Assembly: GCA_020054475.1 (NCBI GenBank)
Contig: JAHWGJ010000006.1
Span: 368-64,367, forward strand
DNA: 64,000 nucleotides
Direction of reading: 5' to 3'
Origin: Thermoplasmata archaeon
GTDB taxonomy: Archaea > Thermoplasmatota > E2 > DHVEG-1
Positions 38,556 through 49,579 of the stretch are shown in pieces. The first letter of the stretch is position 1, and every line of letters begins with the position of its first letter. The translations under genes were made by a program, and so were the position numbers. The notes under the pieces are model-generated. The model was not told the origin of the DNA. It saw only the letters and a list, made by a program, of their open reading frames with translations, and made no database searches.

Positions 38556-39101
38556 TTATAAAATTCCAATATTGACAAGACTTTCTTTGAGAATTTTTAA
38601 TGCTTTTTTAATATATTCCAATTCATTAGCACCTGTAAAAACAATTTTTCCTGATTTAAATATGATGACATTTATCTTAAAATTAGGCATATTCAATGTT
38701 AAGCCTGGAAATTCATTTTCATTATAAGCTATATTTTCAAATTCAATGTTACCTTTAATATAATCTAAATCAAGGTTTTTTTCTAAATCTGAAGATGCAA
38801 CGATATTTTCAATATCAATATGTATATCATCAAAAAGCGTTATTTCATATTTTTCAATATCATTTATAATTCTATTTATTATAATTTCAATATCATCAAT
38901 TTTTTTAATACCGGTACATATGATTTTTCCATTAGTAAATAAAAAAACAGCACATTTAGGATTATCAAAATCTAAAATAAGTCCAGAAAATTCATCAAGA
39001 TTATATTTTGAATTAATAAATTGTTTTGATAAATATTTTACATCAAATTTTTCCGTTAAATTTGCCGAAAATACAATATTTTCAATTTTTAATTCTTCCA
39101 T
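38556..39101 (-). CDS. tbp: TATA-box binding protein (divergent paralogue)
   Basis: Two repeats: IENIV..FSGL..LFTNGKIICTG and IENIVAS..FPGL..IFKSGKIVFTG. Confidence 0.92.
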   Translation of the reverse strand: MEELKIENIVFSANLTEKFDVKYLSKQFINSKYNLDEFSGLILDFDNPKCAVFLFTNGKIICTGIKKIDDIEIIINRIINDIEKYEITLFDDIHIDIENIVASSDLEKNLDLDYIKGNIEFENIAYNENEFPGLTLNMPNFKINVIIFKSGKIVFTGANELEYIKKALKILKESLVNIGIL

Positions 39102-39199
39102 AATTCGATTTACCGTCCCTCCTTAAAGCATGTAATGATTTTTTATAAACATTTCGTTAAAAGATGAGCACACAAATTTAAAATAATTTATAAAAAAAT

Positions 39200-39898
39200 C
39201 TACCAAACTCTATCGATATTTAAATCATTTTTTGGATTTTTTCTTTTTTCTTTTTTTTGACTGGTACTAATTTCATCCAATATGCCGCGGAATTCATCAG
39301 TTCTATATTCAATTCTTCTCTCGCAACTTGCTACAGCTAATTCACCTCTAGTTTTTTCAATTATCCCTCTAACCATATCTTGTTTTCTTTTTATTGGTAT
39401 TAGTGCAGATGGATAATCAAATCTGATTATTGAGTCATATATTTCTCCCATTAGTTTTAGGTAACGATTGGCTTTTTCAGGTTTTCCATCTAGGATGGAG
39501 TCTAAGGATTTTCTTCTTAACTCTCCAACAACGTCACATAAACCCTGTAAATATGAACTATATGTAACTTGTAGTTTGTCAGGATCAGGCAACTCCTTCT
39601 CTTGCATTATATTAAAAAGACAACTCGCTTCAACAAATTCTTGAGCAGCATTTTCGACAAATCCTGCATGAGATAGTTCACCATGATTTTTTGTAAAATC
39701 ATATAATTCCAATAATTTCGATGAAGCATCTTTTATCAAATCTTTTGATTTTTTCATTGAATTTTGATGTATTAATTGAATAGCTTTTCTACAGCTAATA
39801 ATTATTTCCCTCGAAAATCGAAGAGAGTTTTCTCTTACTCTGTCTTTGTCATCAATATTTTTTTCAATTTTATTTATTATTTTTTCTAAATTTTTCAT
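39200..39898 (-). CDS. translin/Trax (C3PO) family protein
   Basis: AQEFVEA and YLQGLCDVVGELRR acidic catalytic motifs. Confidence 0.88.
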   Translation of the reverse strand: MKNLEKIINKIEKNIDDKDRVRENSLRFSREIIISCRKAIQLIHQNSMKKSKDLIKDASSKLLELYDFTKNHGELSHAGFVENAAQEFVEASCLFNIMQEKELPDPDKLQVTYSSYLQGLCDVVGELRRKSLDSILDGKPEKANRYLKLMGEIYDSIIRFDYPSALIPIKRKQDMVRGIIEKTRGELAVASCERRIEYRTDEFRGILDEISTSQKKEKRKNPKNDLNIDRVW

Positions 39899-39952
39899 TT
39901 TAGAATCCTATCCAAATAAATTCAATATGATTTAATTTTTTTCTTTAAATAA

Positions 39953-40906
39953 TCACATAAATTTTTTATTAACCCAAAAATCAGGTTTTTCTCCGTTTAA
40001 TACTTTAATAATTTGTTCTGAGCAGACAGTACCCGCTCTTATCTGTCCTTCTTTTGTATTAGCACCTATGTGTGGAGATAAAATAACATTCTCTAGTTTT
40101 AATAAAGGATTATCAGTTGGAGGTTCATTTTCAAAAACATCTATACCCGCACCAGATATCTTCTCGTTTTTTAATACGTTAAATAATGCTTTTTCATCAA
40201 CAGTACCTCCTCTTGAACAATTAATGAGAAAAGCAGTTTTTTTCATTTTTGAAAGCATTTCCTGATTTACAATATGGTGAGTAGATTTTAAATGAGGAAG
40301 ATGTAATGATATATAATCAGATTTTGACATAAGATCTTCTAATTTTTCAATTTTTATAATTCCATCCTTATGCATATCATCTTTGGATATAAATGGATCA
40401 TATCCTATTACTGACATGTTAAATGACTTTGCATATTTTGCTGTAATTTTACCAATATTTCCACATCCAATAAGACCAAGAGTTTTTCCAAATATTTCAG
40501 TTCCCATCAATTTTTTCTTAATCCATTTATCTTTTTTCATCGATCGGTCTGCTTTTGAAATATTTCTGGATAGACTTAACATAAATGTAATAGCAAGTTC
40601 TGCTACACTTTGAGTTGCACCAGTAGGTGCGTTAACTACTTTTATATTATGCTCTGCACAGGATTGAATATCAATATTATCTACTCCAATTCCTGCTCTA
40701 CCAATAACCTTTAAATTTCCTTCAGATCCAGCTTTTATTACATCTTCAAATACCTTAGTCCTACCTCTAATCATTAAAGCATCATATTTATGAATCTCTT
40801 TAATCAGGTCTGATTTATCAAATTCTTCAAATGTTACATCATGATCAGCTTTTTTTAATAACTCTATTGCTTCTAATGCCATTTTATCTGTAATAAGTAT
40901 TTTCAT
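39953..40906 (-). CDS. serA: D-3-phosphoglycerate dehydrogenase-like D-2-hydroxyacid dehydrogenase (no ACT)
   Basis: RAGIGVDNID, VNAP, GCGNIG, NCSRGG, IDVFENEP, SPHIGANT.EGQ. Confidence 0.8.
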   Translation of the reverse strand: MKILITDKMALEAIELLKKADHDVTFEEFDKSDLIKEIHKYDALMIRGRTKVFEDVIKAGSEGNLKVIGRAGIGVDNIDIQSCAEHNIKVVNAPTGATQSVAELAITFMLSLSRNISKADRSMKKDKWIKKKLMGTEIFGKTLGLIGCGNIGKITAKYAKSFNMSVIGYDPFISKDDMHKDGIIKIEKLEDLMSKSDYISLHLPHLKSTHHIVNQEMLSKMKKTAFLINCSRGGTVDEKALFNVLKNEKISGAGIDVFENEPPTDNPLLKLENVILSPHIGANTKEGQIRAGTVCSEQIIKVLNGEKPDFWVNKKFM

Positions 40907-40948
40907 ATTCGATCCCTCTTTCATTATAAAATAAAAATAAATTATTTT

Positions 40949-42217
40949 TTAGAGAATAATCCTAAAATCAATTCCAGGATATTCAGCTTCTTTACCTAAT
41001 TCCTCCTCAATTCTAAGCAATTGATTATATTTGGAAGTTCTATCACTTCTTGAAGGAGCACCTGTTTTTATTTGACCAGCACTTGTTCCAACAACTAAAT
41101 CTGCAATAAAAGTATCTTCAGTTTCCCCGCTTCTATGACTTATAATTGAAGTCCATCCTACATCATTTGCCATTTTAATGGCATTTAATGTTTCTGTAAC
41201 AGTCCCTATCTGATTTAGTTTAATTAGAACGGAGTTAGCAGCATTTAATTCAATACCTTTCTTAATTCTTTTTGTATTTGTTACGAATAAATCATCACCG
41301 ACAATTTGGACTTTGGATCCTATTTTTTTTGTTATTTCAACCCATGAATCCCAATCATCTTCTGCAAGTCCATCCTCTATACTTACTATTGGATATTTAT
41401 TACATAAATCTATGTATAGATCAACCATTTCTCCACCGGAATATGATTTATTTCCAATTTTATAAGTTTCATTATAAAAGAACTCGCTAGAAGCAGGATC
41501 TATCGCAATTTTTATCATTTCATTATACCCTGCGTTTTCAATAGCCTGTAATATAAAATCAAATCTTTCATAAATATTAGACAATCCTGATGGTGCAAAC
41601 CCACCTTCATCACCAATTAATGTTCCAGATGATCCAAATTTATTATACAATATTTTGGAGAGATGATGATATATTTCTGAAACATGGCGGATGCCCTCTG
41701 AAAAAGATTTTGCACTTGTTGGCATTATCATATGTTCTTGAAATGAATTTTTCTGACCCGCATGTTTTCCTCCATTAATTATATTACACATTGGAACTGG
41801 CATTTTATGAGAAATAATACCAAACATTTCTGATATGTATGAATATAATGGAAGATTTTTATCAAATGCTCCTGCTTTAGTAACAGCCATTGAAACCGGA
41901 AGAATTGAGTTAGCACCAAGTTTCCCCTTATTATCAGTTCCATCTAGCTCAATCATTAATGAATCAATAGTGTTTTGATGTCTGCAATTTAATCCAATTA
42001 TTTTTGGAGCAATAATGTCATTTATGTTTTTTACAACCTTTAAAGTTCCTTTACCAAAATATCTAGATTTATCATTATCTCTGAGCTCTATAGCCTCGTG
42101 CTTTCCTGCACTTGCGCCGCTAGGAGTCATAGATCTAAAAACACCTTTCGATGTTTTTATATCAACTTCAACGGTAGGATCACCTCTTGAGTCTAATATT
42201 TCTCTAGCTTTTATCAT
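40949..42217 (-). CDS. eno: enolase
   Basis: [57 protein letters not shown]. Confidence 0.96.
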   Translation of the reverse strand: MIKAREILDSRGDPTVEVDIKTSKGVFRSMTPSGASAGKHEAIELRDNDKSRYFGKGTLKVVKNINDIIAPKIIGLNCRHQNTIDSLMIELDGTDNKGKLGANSILPVSMAVTKAGAFDKNLPLYSYISEMFGIISHKMPVPMCNIINGGKHAGQKNSFQEHMIMPTSAKSFSEGIRHVSEIYHHLSKILYNKFGSSGTLIGDEGGFAPSGLSNIYERFDFILQAIENAGYNEMIKIAIDPASSEFFYNETYKIGNKSYSGGEMVDLYIDLCNKYPIVSIEDGLAEDDWDSWVEITKKIGSKVQIVGDDLFVTNTKRIKKGIELNAANSVLIKLNQIGTVTETLNAIKMANDVGWTSIISHRSGETEDTFIADLVVGTSAGQIKTGAPSRSDRTSKYNQLLRIEEELGKEAEYPGIDFRIIL

Positions 42218-42369
42218 TAAAATTTCAGATATTTATATTACCCCCAATTTTTAGACATTATGTTTTTTTATGTAATAAAATTATTGATTCTAATATCGAT
42301 TTTTTTTTGTTTTAGTTTTAGAAAGACTTAATAATACCAATTAGTTTGTAATAATGGAGGCAGGAAAGA

Positions 42370-43131
42370 ATGTATGAATACATAATATTGGTTATAGTCA
42401 TATTTCTAATTTTATTGCTTTCATCCGCAATAAAGATTATGGCAGAGTATCAAAGAATTGTTATATTTAGACTAGGTAGATTACAGGGCATAAAGGGCCC
42501 GGGTCTTGTTTTTATAATTCCAATTATAGATAATATAATCAAACTTGATTTAAGAACTCGTGTAATTGATGTACCCAAACAGAGGGTGATAACAGAAGAT
42601 AATGTAACAGTTGATGTTGATGCAGTTGTCTATTACAGAATTGTAGACCCACAAAAAGCAGTTGTTGAGGTTCAAAGATATGATGTTGCAACAAGTTTGA
42701 TTGCACAAACAACACTAAGAGATGTTCTTGGTCAGCAGAATTTAGATGAATTATTATCAAAGAGGGATGAACTAAATAAAAGCCTTCAAACAATTATTGA
42801 TCAAGCTACTGATCCATGGGGTGTTAAAGTATCTGCAGTTACTATAAGAGATGTTTCATTACCAGAAGAAATGATGAGGGCTATTGCAAAACAAGCTGAA
42901 GCTGAAAGAGAAAAAAGATCAAGGATTATTATTGCAGAAGGAGAATTTCAAGCGTCTGCGAGAATGACAGATGCCGCAAAATTATATGAAAAAACTCCAA
43001 TGGCAATGAGACTTAGAGAACTTCAAACACTTACTGATATATCAAAAGAAGGGAACCTAATAATTGTTCCTGGAGGAGAGTTAGGACAGGTTGCTGGTAT
43101 TGCAAAAGCAGTTAATCAAAAAGTAAAATGA
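42370..43131 (+). CDS. SPFH/stomatin (slipin) family protein
   Basis: FRLGR..GPGL, VDAVVYYRI, QTTLR, QAEAERE. Confidence 0.95.
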   Translation: MYEYIILVIVIFLILLLSSAIKIMAEYQRIVIFRLGRLQGIKGPGLVFIIPIIDNIIKLDLRTRVIDVPKQRVITEDNVTVDVDAVVYYRIVDPQKAVVEVQRYDVATSLIAQTTLRDVLGQQNLDELLSKRDELNKSLQTIIDQATDPWGVKVSAVTIRDVSLPEEMMRAIAKQAEAEREKRSRIIIAEGEFQASARMTDAAKLYEKTPMAMRLRELQTLTDISKEGNLIIVPGGELGQVAGIAKAVNQKVK

Positions 43132-44441
43132 AAAAAAATAAATTAATTATCATATCTTTAATTTTCTTTTTTTCTCTTTTTTTATCATTTAATGCAAATG
43201 CTCAGATTTCAAATGTGCTAATTGTTGAAATAAATGATACAATAAATCAATCAACAGTTGAATTGTTATATGAAGCTATTCAAGAAGCTGATTATCAAAA
43301 ATCACAAGCGATTATACTTTTATTGAATACCCCGGGGGGGGGATTACAACAAACTTTTGAAATTGCTGAAATTATTAAAAATAGTGAAATCCCAGTAGTT
43401 GGTTATGTTTATCCAAGTGGTTCAACTGCTTGGTCTGCTGGGACATTCATATTAATTAGTACCCATATTGCTTCAATGGCTAATAATACAATAATTGGAT
43501 CTTGTCAACCTGTTGAAATAACGTTAGAAGGAACGAGAACCATTAATGATTCAAAGACAATAAATGCATTAGTTCAGTGGATTCAAGAAAGAGCAGATAT
43601 TTATAGTAGAAATAAAACACTTGTTAAAGAATTTATAATAGATAATAGAAATATTAATGCTTCAATAGCAGAAAAATTTGGAGTAATTGAATATGTTTCG
43701 GATTCTATTGAAATTTTATTGAAAAAAATTGATGGAGATATTGTTGAAACATTAAATGGAAATTTAACGATAAACACCAAATATGCAGAACAAATATATT
43801 ATTCGCCATCTATTAAAATTATATTTTTAAAAATTTTATCAAATCCAATACTTCAATCATTATTATTAATGCTTGGAGTTTTTGCATTGATTTTTGGAAT
43901 ATCATCACCCGGATTTGGTGCTGAGGTTTTCGGCGTTATAGCTATATTATTATCCTTAATTGGGTCAGGATTTAGCATTCCTGAATTTAGCATAATATTT
44001 ATAATACTTGGTTTTCTATTATTAATAATTGAAATATTTGCTACGCCCGGCTTTGGCATAATAGGGCTAGGTGGAATTATAAGTTTGAGTTTAGGGTCAA
44101 TATTTATTATTCCTACATATTCAACAAGGAATTGGATGATATCAATGGATTGGATAAATGATATAATATTAATATTAATTGTTACAGCTGTTCTTATTTC
44201 AATATTTTTTGGATTTTTACTTTATAAAATTATCCAAATAAGAAAAAAGAAAAAAGCTGTCGGAGTATTTGAAGGTGAATTTGCAACAACAATTGAAAGA
44301 ATATCTCCAGATAAACCTGGTTATATAAAATTTAAAGGTGAATTATGGAAAGCTAAATCTAAAGATTTTATTGAACTAGGAACTAAGGTTGTTATAATTA
44401 AAAAAGATGATGTTTATTTAATTGTTGAACCAGAAAAATAA
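43128..44441 (+). CDS. nfeD: NfeD membrane-bound serine protease
   Basis: LNTPGG, AWSAG, TM block, C-terminal OB fold GELWKA; canonical partner of stomatin. Confidence 0.92.
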   Translation: MKKNKLIIISLIFFFSLFLSFNANAQISNVLIVEINDTINQSTVELLYEAIQEADYQKSQAIILLLNTPGGGLQQTFEIAEIIKNSEIPVVGYVYPSGSTAWSAGTFILISTHIASMANNTIIGSCQPVEITLEGTRTINDSKTINALVQWIQERADIYSRNKTLVKEFIIDNRNINASIAEKFGVIEYVSDSIEILLKKIDGDIVETLNGNLTINTKYAEQIYYSPSIKIIFLKILSNPILQSLLLMLGVFALIFGISSPGFGAEVFGVIAILLSLIGSGFSIPEFSIIFIILGFLLLIIEIFATPGFGIIGLGGIISLSLGSIFIIPTYSTRNWMISMDWINDIILILIVTAVLISIFFGFLLYKIIQIRKKKKAVGVFEGEFATTIERISPDKPGYIKFKGELWKAKSKDFIELGTKVVIIKKDDVYLIVEPEK

Positions 44442-44480
44442 CGACCAAACATTAATCAACCATTATCCTTTTTCCCAGAG

Positions 44481-45734
44481 ATGTTTAAAATGCAAAATGA
44501 CATAAGATTACAGTTTCTTGGCGGTAGTAATAAAGTTGGTAGCTTATCGCTTATGCTAGATACAAATGGAACAAGAGTATTATTTGATTATGGGATGACT
44601 CCAAGTAAACCACCAACATTTCCAATGCAACCTCCACCTGTAGATCATATGTTTTTAAGCCATTCTCATTTGGATCATTCAGGAATGACACCTTATATCT
44701 GTTCGAGAGACAATCAAAAAATTCATTCAACAAAACTTACATCTGAAATATCATATTTACTTCATAAGGATTCTATTAAAATTGCGAAAATGGAAGGTTA
44801 CGCCCCATTATATAATATGAATGATGTTAAACAAACAAAAACAAATGTTATTCCTGTTGAACCAACTAAAAAAAAATTTTTAAATAACGACCATGAAATT
44901 CGCTTTCATTCTGCAGGACATATTCCCGGGTCTCTCATGTTTGAAATGGTGGGATCAAGAAATTTTTTATTTACAGGGGATTTCAATATTCAAGATACCA
45001 ACTTAGTTAAAGCCACTAAACCAATCAAATGTGATATTTTATGTATGGAGGGTACTTATGCTGGGAGAGATCATCCAAAAAAAAGAGAAGAATTGGAAAA
45101 AGAGCTGATAGACAAAATTGAAGAAGTTATTATGCGAGGGGGATTAGCAATTTTACCTGCTTTTGCAGTTTCCAGGTCACAAGAGCTCGTTCTAATTTTA
45201 AAAAATTCAGGATTCAATATTTGGTATGATGGAATGGGTAGAAAAGTATCAGAAATTTTTTTAAAATACCCAAAATATCTGCGATCTGAAAAAAATCTTA
45301 GAGATGCACTAAACAGAATTCATTTCGTGCATTCAGAAAAAGGACGGAAAACAGCCTTAAAATCTGATGTAATTATAACATCTAGCGGAATGATGGATGG
45401 CGGACCAGTTTTAAGTTATATGAATAAATTAAAAAATGATGTAAAAAGTTCAGTGATTTTAACAGGATATCAGATAAAAGGTACTAATAGTAGATTATTA
45501 ATAGAAAAGAAAAAATTAGATTTTTATGGAGTTATTGAAAAAGTTGCATGTGATGTAGAATATTTTGATTTTTCAGGGCATGCTGGACATTCGGAATTAA
45601 TTGAATTTGCAAAGAATTGCAATCCAGAAAAAATTGTATTAATGCATAGTGATAATAGAGAAGCTCTTATAAAACCATTAAGGGAATTTGCTGATGTTTT
45701 TACACCTAATGATGGTGAGATTTTAGATTTATAA
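44481..45734 (+). CDS. beta-CASP metallo-beta-lactamase ribonuclease (aCPSF2-like)
   Basis: SHSHLDHSG, AGHIPG, TGDF, EGTY, FAVSRSQE, SGMMDGG, FSGHA. Confidence 0.9.
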   Translation: MFKMQNDIRLQFLGGSNKVGSLSLMLDTNGTRVLFDYGMTPSKPPTFPMQPPPVDHMFLSHSHLDHSGMTPYICSRDNQKIHSTKLTSEISYLLHKDSIKIAKMEGYAPLYNMNDVKQTKTNVIPVEPTKKKFLNNDHEIRFHSAGHIPGSLMFEMVGSRNFLFTGDFNIQDTNLVKATKPIKCDILCMEGTYAGRDHPKKREELEKELIDKIEEVIMRGGLAILPAFAVSRSQELVLILKNSGFNIWYDGMGRKVSEIFLKYPKYLRSEKNLRDALNRIHFVHSEKGRKTALKSDVIITSSGMMDGGPVLSYMNKLKNDVKSSVILTGYQIKGTNSRLLIEKKKLDFYGVIEKVACDVEYFDFSGHAGHSELIEFAKNCNPEKIVLMHSDNREALIKPLREFADVFTPNDGEILDL

Positions 45735-45788
45735 TAAAATTTCTTTTATAATTTGATTTTATCATATAATCAAAAGGAGACCATTGAA

Positions 45789-47036
45789 ATGTCAGAAATA
45801 TCAAGGAGACAAAAATACGATCTCAAAAGAAAAATAGAAGATTTAGGCGAATGTCGAGGAAAACATACAGAATTAATCTCGCTTTATGTACCATCAACCA
45901 AGCAAATATTTGATGTCGCATCTTATCTTAAAAACGAATTGTCCGAATCACAGAATATTAAATCAAAAACAACTAGAAAAAATGTTTTATCTGCAATCGA
46001 ATCTATTTTAAGTAGGTTAAAAAATTATAAAACTCCACCTGAAAATGGAGTTGTTTTTTTTGTTGGTCATAAGAGCATCGGTAGCGATCAAACGTCAATG
46101 GTAGCTTTTGTTGTTGAACCTCCTATGCCATTTAAAACATTTCTTTATCGGTGTGACTCTCTTTTTTATCTTAAACCTTTGGAGGAAATGCTTACTGAAA
46201 AGGAAGTGTATGGCTTAATATTAATTGATAGGAGAGAATGTACTGTTGGAATTTTAAGGGGAAGTAGAATTGATTTACTAAAGTATATGACTTCTCAAGT
46301 TCCTGGAAAACATGGGAGAGGCGGGCAATCTCAAAGAAGATTTGAGAGATTAACAGAGATAGCAGCGCATGAATGGTTTGTAAAATGTGGGGATAAAATT
46401 AGTGAGATATTTCTTAGCGAGGAGAATATAAAAGGTATATTTGCTGGAGGGCCTGGGCCAACAAAAAAATATTTTTTTGAGGAAAAATATTTACATTATT
46501 CTATTCAGGATAAAATTATTGATATGTTTGATACGGGTTATACAGATGAATATGGTTTAAGAGAACTTGTATCAAAAGCTTCAGAAACAATGGAGAATCT
46601 TGAAGTTGCTAAAGAGAAATCAGTAATGAAGCAATTTCTAAAGGAAATAACTAAAAACGAAAAAAGCCTAGCAATTTATGGTGAAGATCAAATTAGAAAG
46701 GCATTGGAAATGGGCGCGGTTGATATCATATTATTTTCAGATAATCTTAGAAAATATAGAATTTATTTGAAATGCCAAAATTGTAACTTTAATAAAGAAA
46801 TTACAATCAATCAGGATTTACTTGAAGAATATATGCCGCCAAAATGTTCAAAATGTGATACATCTTCCACAATGGAAATTGTAGAAAAAAAAGATATTAT
46901 TGACGAATTATCCGAAAAAGCTGAAAAAATTGGATGTAAAATATTTCTTATTTCTAGAAATAGTGAAGAGGGTGATTCATTATATTCTGCTTTTAATGGA
47001 ATTGCAGGAATTTCAAGATATCATTTAGATATATAA
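45789..47036 (+). CDS. prf1: peptide chain release factor aRF1
   Basis: NIKS, YRCD, GRGGQSQRRF. Confidence 0.97.
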   Translation: MSEISRRQKYDLKRKIEDLGECRGKHTELISLYVPSTKQIFDVASYLKNELSESQNIKSKTTRKNVLSAIESILSRLKNYKTPPENGVVFFVGHKSIGSDQTSMVAFVVEPPMPFKTFLYRCDSLFYLKPLEEMLTEKEVYGLILIDRRECTVGILRGSRIDLLKYMTSQVPGKHGRGGQSQRRFERLTEIAAHEWFVKCGDKISEIFLSEENIKGIFAGGPGPTKKYFFEEKYLHYSIQDKIIDMFDTGYTDEYGLRELVSKASETMENLEVAKEKSVMKQFLKEITKNEKSLAIYGEDQIRKALEMGAVDIILFSDNLRKYRIYLKCQNCNFNKEITINQDLLEEYMPPKCSKCDTSSTMEIVEKKDIIDELSEKAEKIGCKIFLISRNSEEGDSLYSAFNGIAGISRYHLDI

Positions 47037-47185
47037 ATATATCATAATAAAAATAAATTATTTTTTTTTAAGTAAATAAATAGTATCTTATAATTTATTT
47101 ATATTTTTTTTTTATTTTAATTATTATAATCTGTACCGATGGTTTTATAAATAAAGAAATATATTATTTAATTTGGTTATGAACG

Positions 47186-49234
47186 ATGTCGTCTCGAGAT
47201 AATTTCAAGTCTTTTATTCCTCCTAATAAAATAATTCCTGAACTTACAATAAAAGCTGTTTTAGTTGGAGCATTATTGGCAATCATCTTAGGTTCTGCTA
47301 ATGCTTATCTTGGTCTTTATGCAGGATTGACGGTTTCAGCTGTAATTCCTGGTGCTGTAATGGCTTTCGCTTTATTGAAACCATTTAAAGGTACTATTCT
47401 TGAAGTTAATATTGGTATGATGGGTGCTGCAGCAGGTGAAGCACTTGCGGCGGGAGTTATATTTACAATACCGGCATTAGTATTACTTGGGACATGGACA
47501 GAAATTCAATATCTAGAAACGACTCTTATAGCTTTACTGGGTGGAATTCTAGGTGTTTTATGGATGATTCCGTTAAGAAGAGCTTTGATTATAAAAACAG
47601 ATTTACCTTTTCCAGAAGGTGTTGCAGTTGCTGCTGTTCTAACTACAACAGTGGGTGATGGAGAAAATTCCTCAAAGGTAAAAAGCAAATCTTCTGGAGT
47701 AAGCGGTATATGGTTAATAGTAGGTGTTCTATTAGCAGGAATATTCAAATTTGGTCAGGTTGCATTAAAAACCTTTAGCGGTGCAATTCATAGTATTATA
47801 GATATTGGAAAATTTAGTATCGGGGGAAGAGAAGGAAATGGCGTTTTTTATGGCGGAGTAGCTTCATCTCCTGCATTACTTGGAGTAGGTTGGATTATAG
47901 GGCCGAAAATAGCCTCTTTTGTTTTTGTGGGGGGATTATTAGGTTGGGTAATCCTTGCTCCATTAATAGCATTAGCCACTGGCTTACCAACACCAACTAC
48001 ACCCTCTCAAATTACAGATGCACTTTCTTTTGGTTCTGGTAATTTTGAAACAGGAAAATTAATATGGGGTTTCTATGAGATTTGGGGGAATTATATCAGG
48101 TATATTGGCGTAGGGGCCATGGTAGTTGGTGGATTATATACTATATTCAAATTAAGATCAAATCTAAGCCAAGGATTAAAAGAAGCTATAGCAGGAATTA
48201 CAGGAGGACAGATAGAAGCGAAAAAAAGAACGGATCAAGATTTGAATTTTAAATTTGTATTTTTATTAATTGGAGCTCTTACAATTCCTGTATTTATACT
48301 ATACGGATATGTTTCAAATGAATGGGCTATATCTGGAATTATGGCAGTTTTTGCAATTTTATTTGCCTTTATTGCAAGTGCAATAGCAGGATATATGGCA
48401 GGATTATTAGGATCATCAAATAATCCTATATCTGGCGTAACTGTATCCGTTCTTCTTATTACATCTTTGATATTATTAGGATTTGGTCTTTCAGGTAATG
48501 TTGGAGCATATGGTGTTGCGATATTAATTGCAGCAGTAATATGTTGTGCAGCAGCAATTTCTGGAGATGTTCTTCAGTCGATGACTTGTGGTCAAATGAT
48601 TGGAGCGACGCCGAAAAATCAACAAATAGCGGAAATTATTGGAGTTTTGGCAGCGGCTCCTGTATTAGCATTAGTGGTTTCGGCTCTTGATCAAGCATAT
48701 AGAATTGGTAGCACTAATTTACCTGCACCCCAAGCATTTCTTATGGCTGGAATAGTAAAGGGCGTGTTAGGTGGAGAAATGGTATGGCCTTTCGTTCTTG
48801 CAGGTGCAGTACTTGCATTTGTACTTATTTTAATTGATTTACCTGTTTTACCAGTTGCAATTGGTATCTATTTACCATTTACTTTAGCTGTCCCTATTTT
48901 TGGAGGGGGAGTTGTAAGACATATAACAAATATCTTTATTACTAGGAAATATGGATCAAGTGATGAAGAACAAATAAGTGAATGGGAGCTAGCAATTAAA
49001 CAAACCGATGTAAAACCAAAGGAAAAAATTATAAGGACAGGTCTACTCTTAACCGCTGGATTAATTGCAGGAGAAGCATTAATGGGGGTAATAGTAGCAT
49101 TTCTAATTATCGGTGGTATAAATCTATCAATTTTTGAATATCCTCCAATATGGCCCGGTTTAATATTATGGATCTTTGTTGCAATACTTCTTGCATACAT
49201 CCCGCTGAGGGAAATATTTGCAAATGAAAAATAA
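47186..49234 (+). CDS. OPT family oligopeptide transporter
   Basis: ELTIKA, ANAYLGL, FPEG, GSSNNPISG, GATPK.QQ, LPAPQA, GLIAGE. Confidence 0.93.
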   Translation: MSSRDNFKSFIPPNKIIPELTIKAVLVGALLAIILGSANAYLGLYAGLTVSAVIPGAVMAFALLKPFKGTILEVNIGMMGAAAGEALAAGVIFTIPALVLLGTWTEIQYLETTLIALLGGILGVLWMIPLRRALIIKTDLPFPEGVAVAAVLTTTVGDGENSSKVKSKSSGVSGIWLIVGVLLAGIFKFGQVALKTFSGAIHSIIDIGKFSIGGREGNGVFYGGVASSPALLGVGWIIGPKIASFVFVGGLLGWVILAPLIALATGLPTPTTPSQITDALSFGSGNFETGKLIWGFYEIWGNYIRYIGVGAMVVGGLYTIFKLRSNLSQGLKEAIAGITGGQIEAKKRTDQDLNFKFVFLLIGALTIPVFILYGYVSNEWAISGIMAVFAILFAFIASAIAGYMAGLLGSSNNPISGVTVSVLLITSLILLGFGLSGNVGAYGVAILIAAVICCAAAISGDVLQSMTCGQMIGATPKNQQIAEIIGVLAAAPVLALVVSALDQAYRIGSTNLPAPQAFLMAGIVKGVLGGEMVWPFVLAGAVLAFVLILIDLPVLPVAIGIYLPFTLAVPIFGGGVVRHITNIFITRKYGSSDEEQISEWELAIKQTDVKPKEKIIRTGLLLTAGLIAGEALMGVIVAFLIIGGINLSIFEYPPIWPGLILWIFVAILLAYIPLREIFANEK

Positions 49235-49577
49235 GAAAAATACCAAAATTCCAACAATTGAAGAATTTAACATATATAAACCAATAAGATTAGATTTTAC
49301 ATGGGAAATAAAAGATGATGGTATAGTAGTTATAAAAGTACCAAAGTTTAATAGTAAATATGGTAAATCTTTTTGCAAAATAATAAAAAAAGAAAATTCT
49401 TTTTCAGCAAATTTAGATAGATTAGGGTCTAGTGTTTGGAAGTATTGTGATGGTACAAATTCAGTAAAAAAAATTCTTGATAATCTGTTAAAAGAATTTC
49501 CAGATGAAAAAAATATTGACCAAAGATTATACTTGTTTCTTCAACAAATGAAAAATTTACATTATATATATTTTTAG
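49224..49577 (+). CDS. PqqD-like (RRE-fold) protein
   Basis: LDRLGSSVWKYCDGTNSVKKI..L..F.....RL..FL..M PqqD signature; overlaps OPT stop. Confidence 0.8.
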   Translation: MKNKKNTKIPTIEEFNIYKPIRLDFTWEIKDDGIVVIKVPKFNSKYGKSFCKIIKKENSFSANLDRLGSSVWKYCDGTNSVKKILDNLLKEFPDEKNIDQRLYLFLQQMKNLHYIYF

Positions 49578-49579
49578 TT

